This document shows, one piece after another, positions 62,801-64,000 of a stretch of 64,000 nt of DNA. The stretch is from Eledone cirrhosa (lineage: Eukaryota), in assembly GCA_964016885.1 (NCBI GenBank), contig OZ024740.1, forward strand, positions 258,044,001-258,108,000, given 5' to 3'. Each line of letters opens with the position of its first letter. Within the stretch, counting starts at the first letter, position 1. A program made the translations under genes and the position numbers. The notes below the pieces were generated by a model. It saw only the letters and a program-made list of their open reading frames with translations, was not told where the DNA came from and did not search any database.

Positions 62801-63950
62801 GTCGTTTCTACCCATTTAGATCGTATAGCCTTCAGATAATTGCCAGCTATTTCGTTCACTGCTTCCAATTCCAATTTAGTGAGTTCTTTACTGATTCTGG
62901 TGTTGTATGGTCTGTCACTCACATTAAGGCTGTGTATCTCTTGAAACATATCGTTCCATATCACTTGTAAGGTGTCCACAAGTTTTTGGTGTTCTGTTTG
63001 TTCAGTAGAGTCATGAATTTCAGCAAAATTGTTGGTGAGCTGTTCACTGTTATATTTAGCTGGCCATTCTATTTGTCTGTCAGTGGATGTGGGGTGGTTG
63101 TCTACAAGGGCTGTATTTCTAGTATCACTCAATTCCGTTAGATGTATCAATTTACATCTAATAAAGTTTTTAGCCTTTGCATAAAACCGAACTTTTGGGA
63201 TTCAGATTGTTTGTATGCTTCATAAAATTCTTTGTTAAGCTCGTAGCTCCACTGTATACAACGGTTGTAGTTGCGATTTGGTCGAAGGAGACTTCTACTT
63301 TTTGCCATGATGAGTTCGTCTATTCACTAATATTTCGTATTTATTTTTCAAAATAGTCGATGATCATCTTTAAAAGTTTCGACAAAGTTCTGTCAGAATC
63401 AAATTTAAAGTTATTCACAGCTTGGGTAATATTTCTTTTCAGTTAGTTTTTAATTCTACAACTGTGCTTTAAACGTTGTTCTTGAATCGTTTGAATCGAG
63501 AACAAAAAGAACCCTTACTTAGTATATTCCTTTATGAATGTAATATAATATAACAACGCTGTATTTATATGTTAAAGTTTATGTATCATTCATATAAATA
63601 GGTGTTCTACAACTTATTCACAACATATTCACAGTTCAAACACTTATGTTTTTGTTTCTGAATCGAAAACGTTACTTGTATATTTCTTTATAAATGTAAT
63701 ATAATATCGTTGCATTTATATGTTGAAGTGAATGTATCGTTCATATATCATAAGTGTATGTATCGTTCATATAAATAGGTGTTTTACAACACACTTACTG
63801 TTCAAACACTTATGTAGAATTATTGTATGTAATCTTACCGCGTAATGTAGCTCAACTTTTTCCAATATATGGTATGTTGCCTTCATGTAAGCTGTAATTA
63901 CACACGTCCGATTATCGGACGCTGACCACAACGGTCGCCATTATATGTCT
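59873..63950 (-). mobile_element. Near full-length, frameshifted R4/Dong-like non-LTR retrotransposon (single ORF ~63308-59965: RT + CCHC + RLE)
   Basis: KSPGPDLI, NYRPIAC, WLDYQKAFDSVPH, GIFQGDSLS, HLLFVDDLKLY, LYFSRKEGGRGL, CRLCKTKIEEVSHIVASC, RHD, RPDIVVWD; (TATG)n at both ends. Confidence 0.9.
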
Positions 63951-64000
63951 ATGTATGTATGTATGTATGTATGTATGTATGTATGTATGTATGTATGTAT
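63950..64000. repeat. (TATG)n microsatellite
   Basis: Direct reading. Confidence 0.95.

Overview
Repeat-dominated, AT-rich animal genomic DNA with no recognisable host protein-coding gene, rRNA, tRNA or CRISPR array. The dense (TA)n/(CA)n/(GA)n microsatellites and the high-copy SINE suggest a coleoid cephalopod such as octopus (inference, not verified). Main contents: (1) a 5.3-23.4 kb same-strand cluster of Tx1/L1-clade LINEs mostly joined by (ATT)n tracts, including one apparently intact two-ORF element (13105-19164); (2) two R4/Dong-like restriction-like-endonuclease LINE families on the minus strand, associated with (TAA)n and (CATA)n; (3) Penelope-like elements (PLEs; RT + GIY-YIG) in inverted configurations plus many short non-autonomous derivatives sitting in (TA)n tracts, which together carry more than a dozen hammerhead-ribozyme (HHR) motifs, including a 525-nt tandem HHR unit resembling a retrozyme; (4) many copies of a ~200-bp SINE whose 3' end and (ATT)n target resemble the Tx1 LINE 3' end, a candidate LINE-SINE partnership; (5) relics of RTE, CRE, Ingi/Vingi-like LINEs, a Helitron 3' end, a mariner-type MITE, and several long palindromes. 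All calls were made by eye; coordinates of degenerate elements are approximate.
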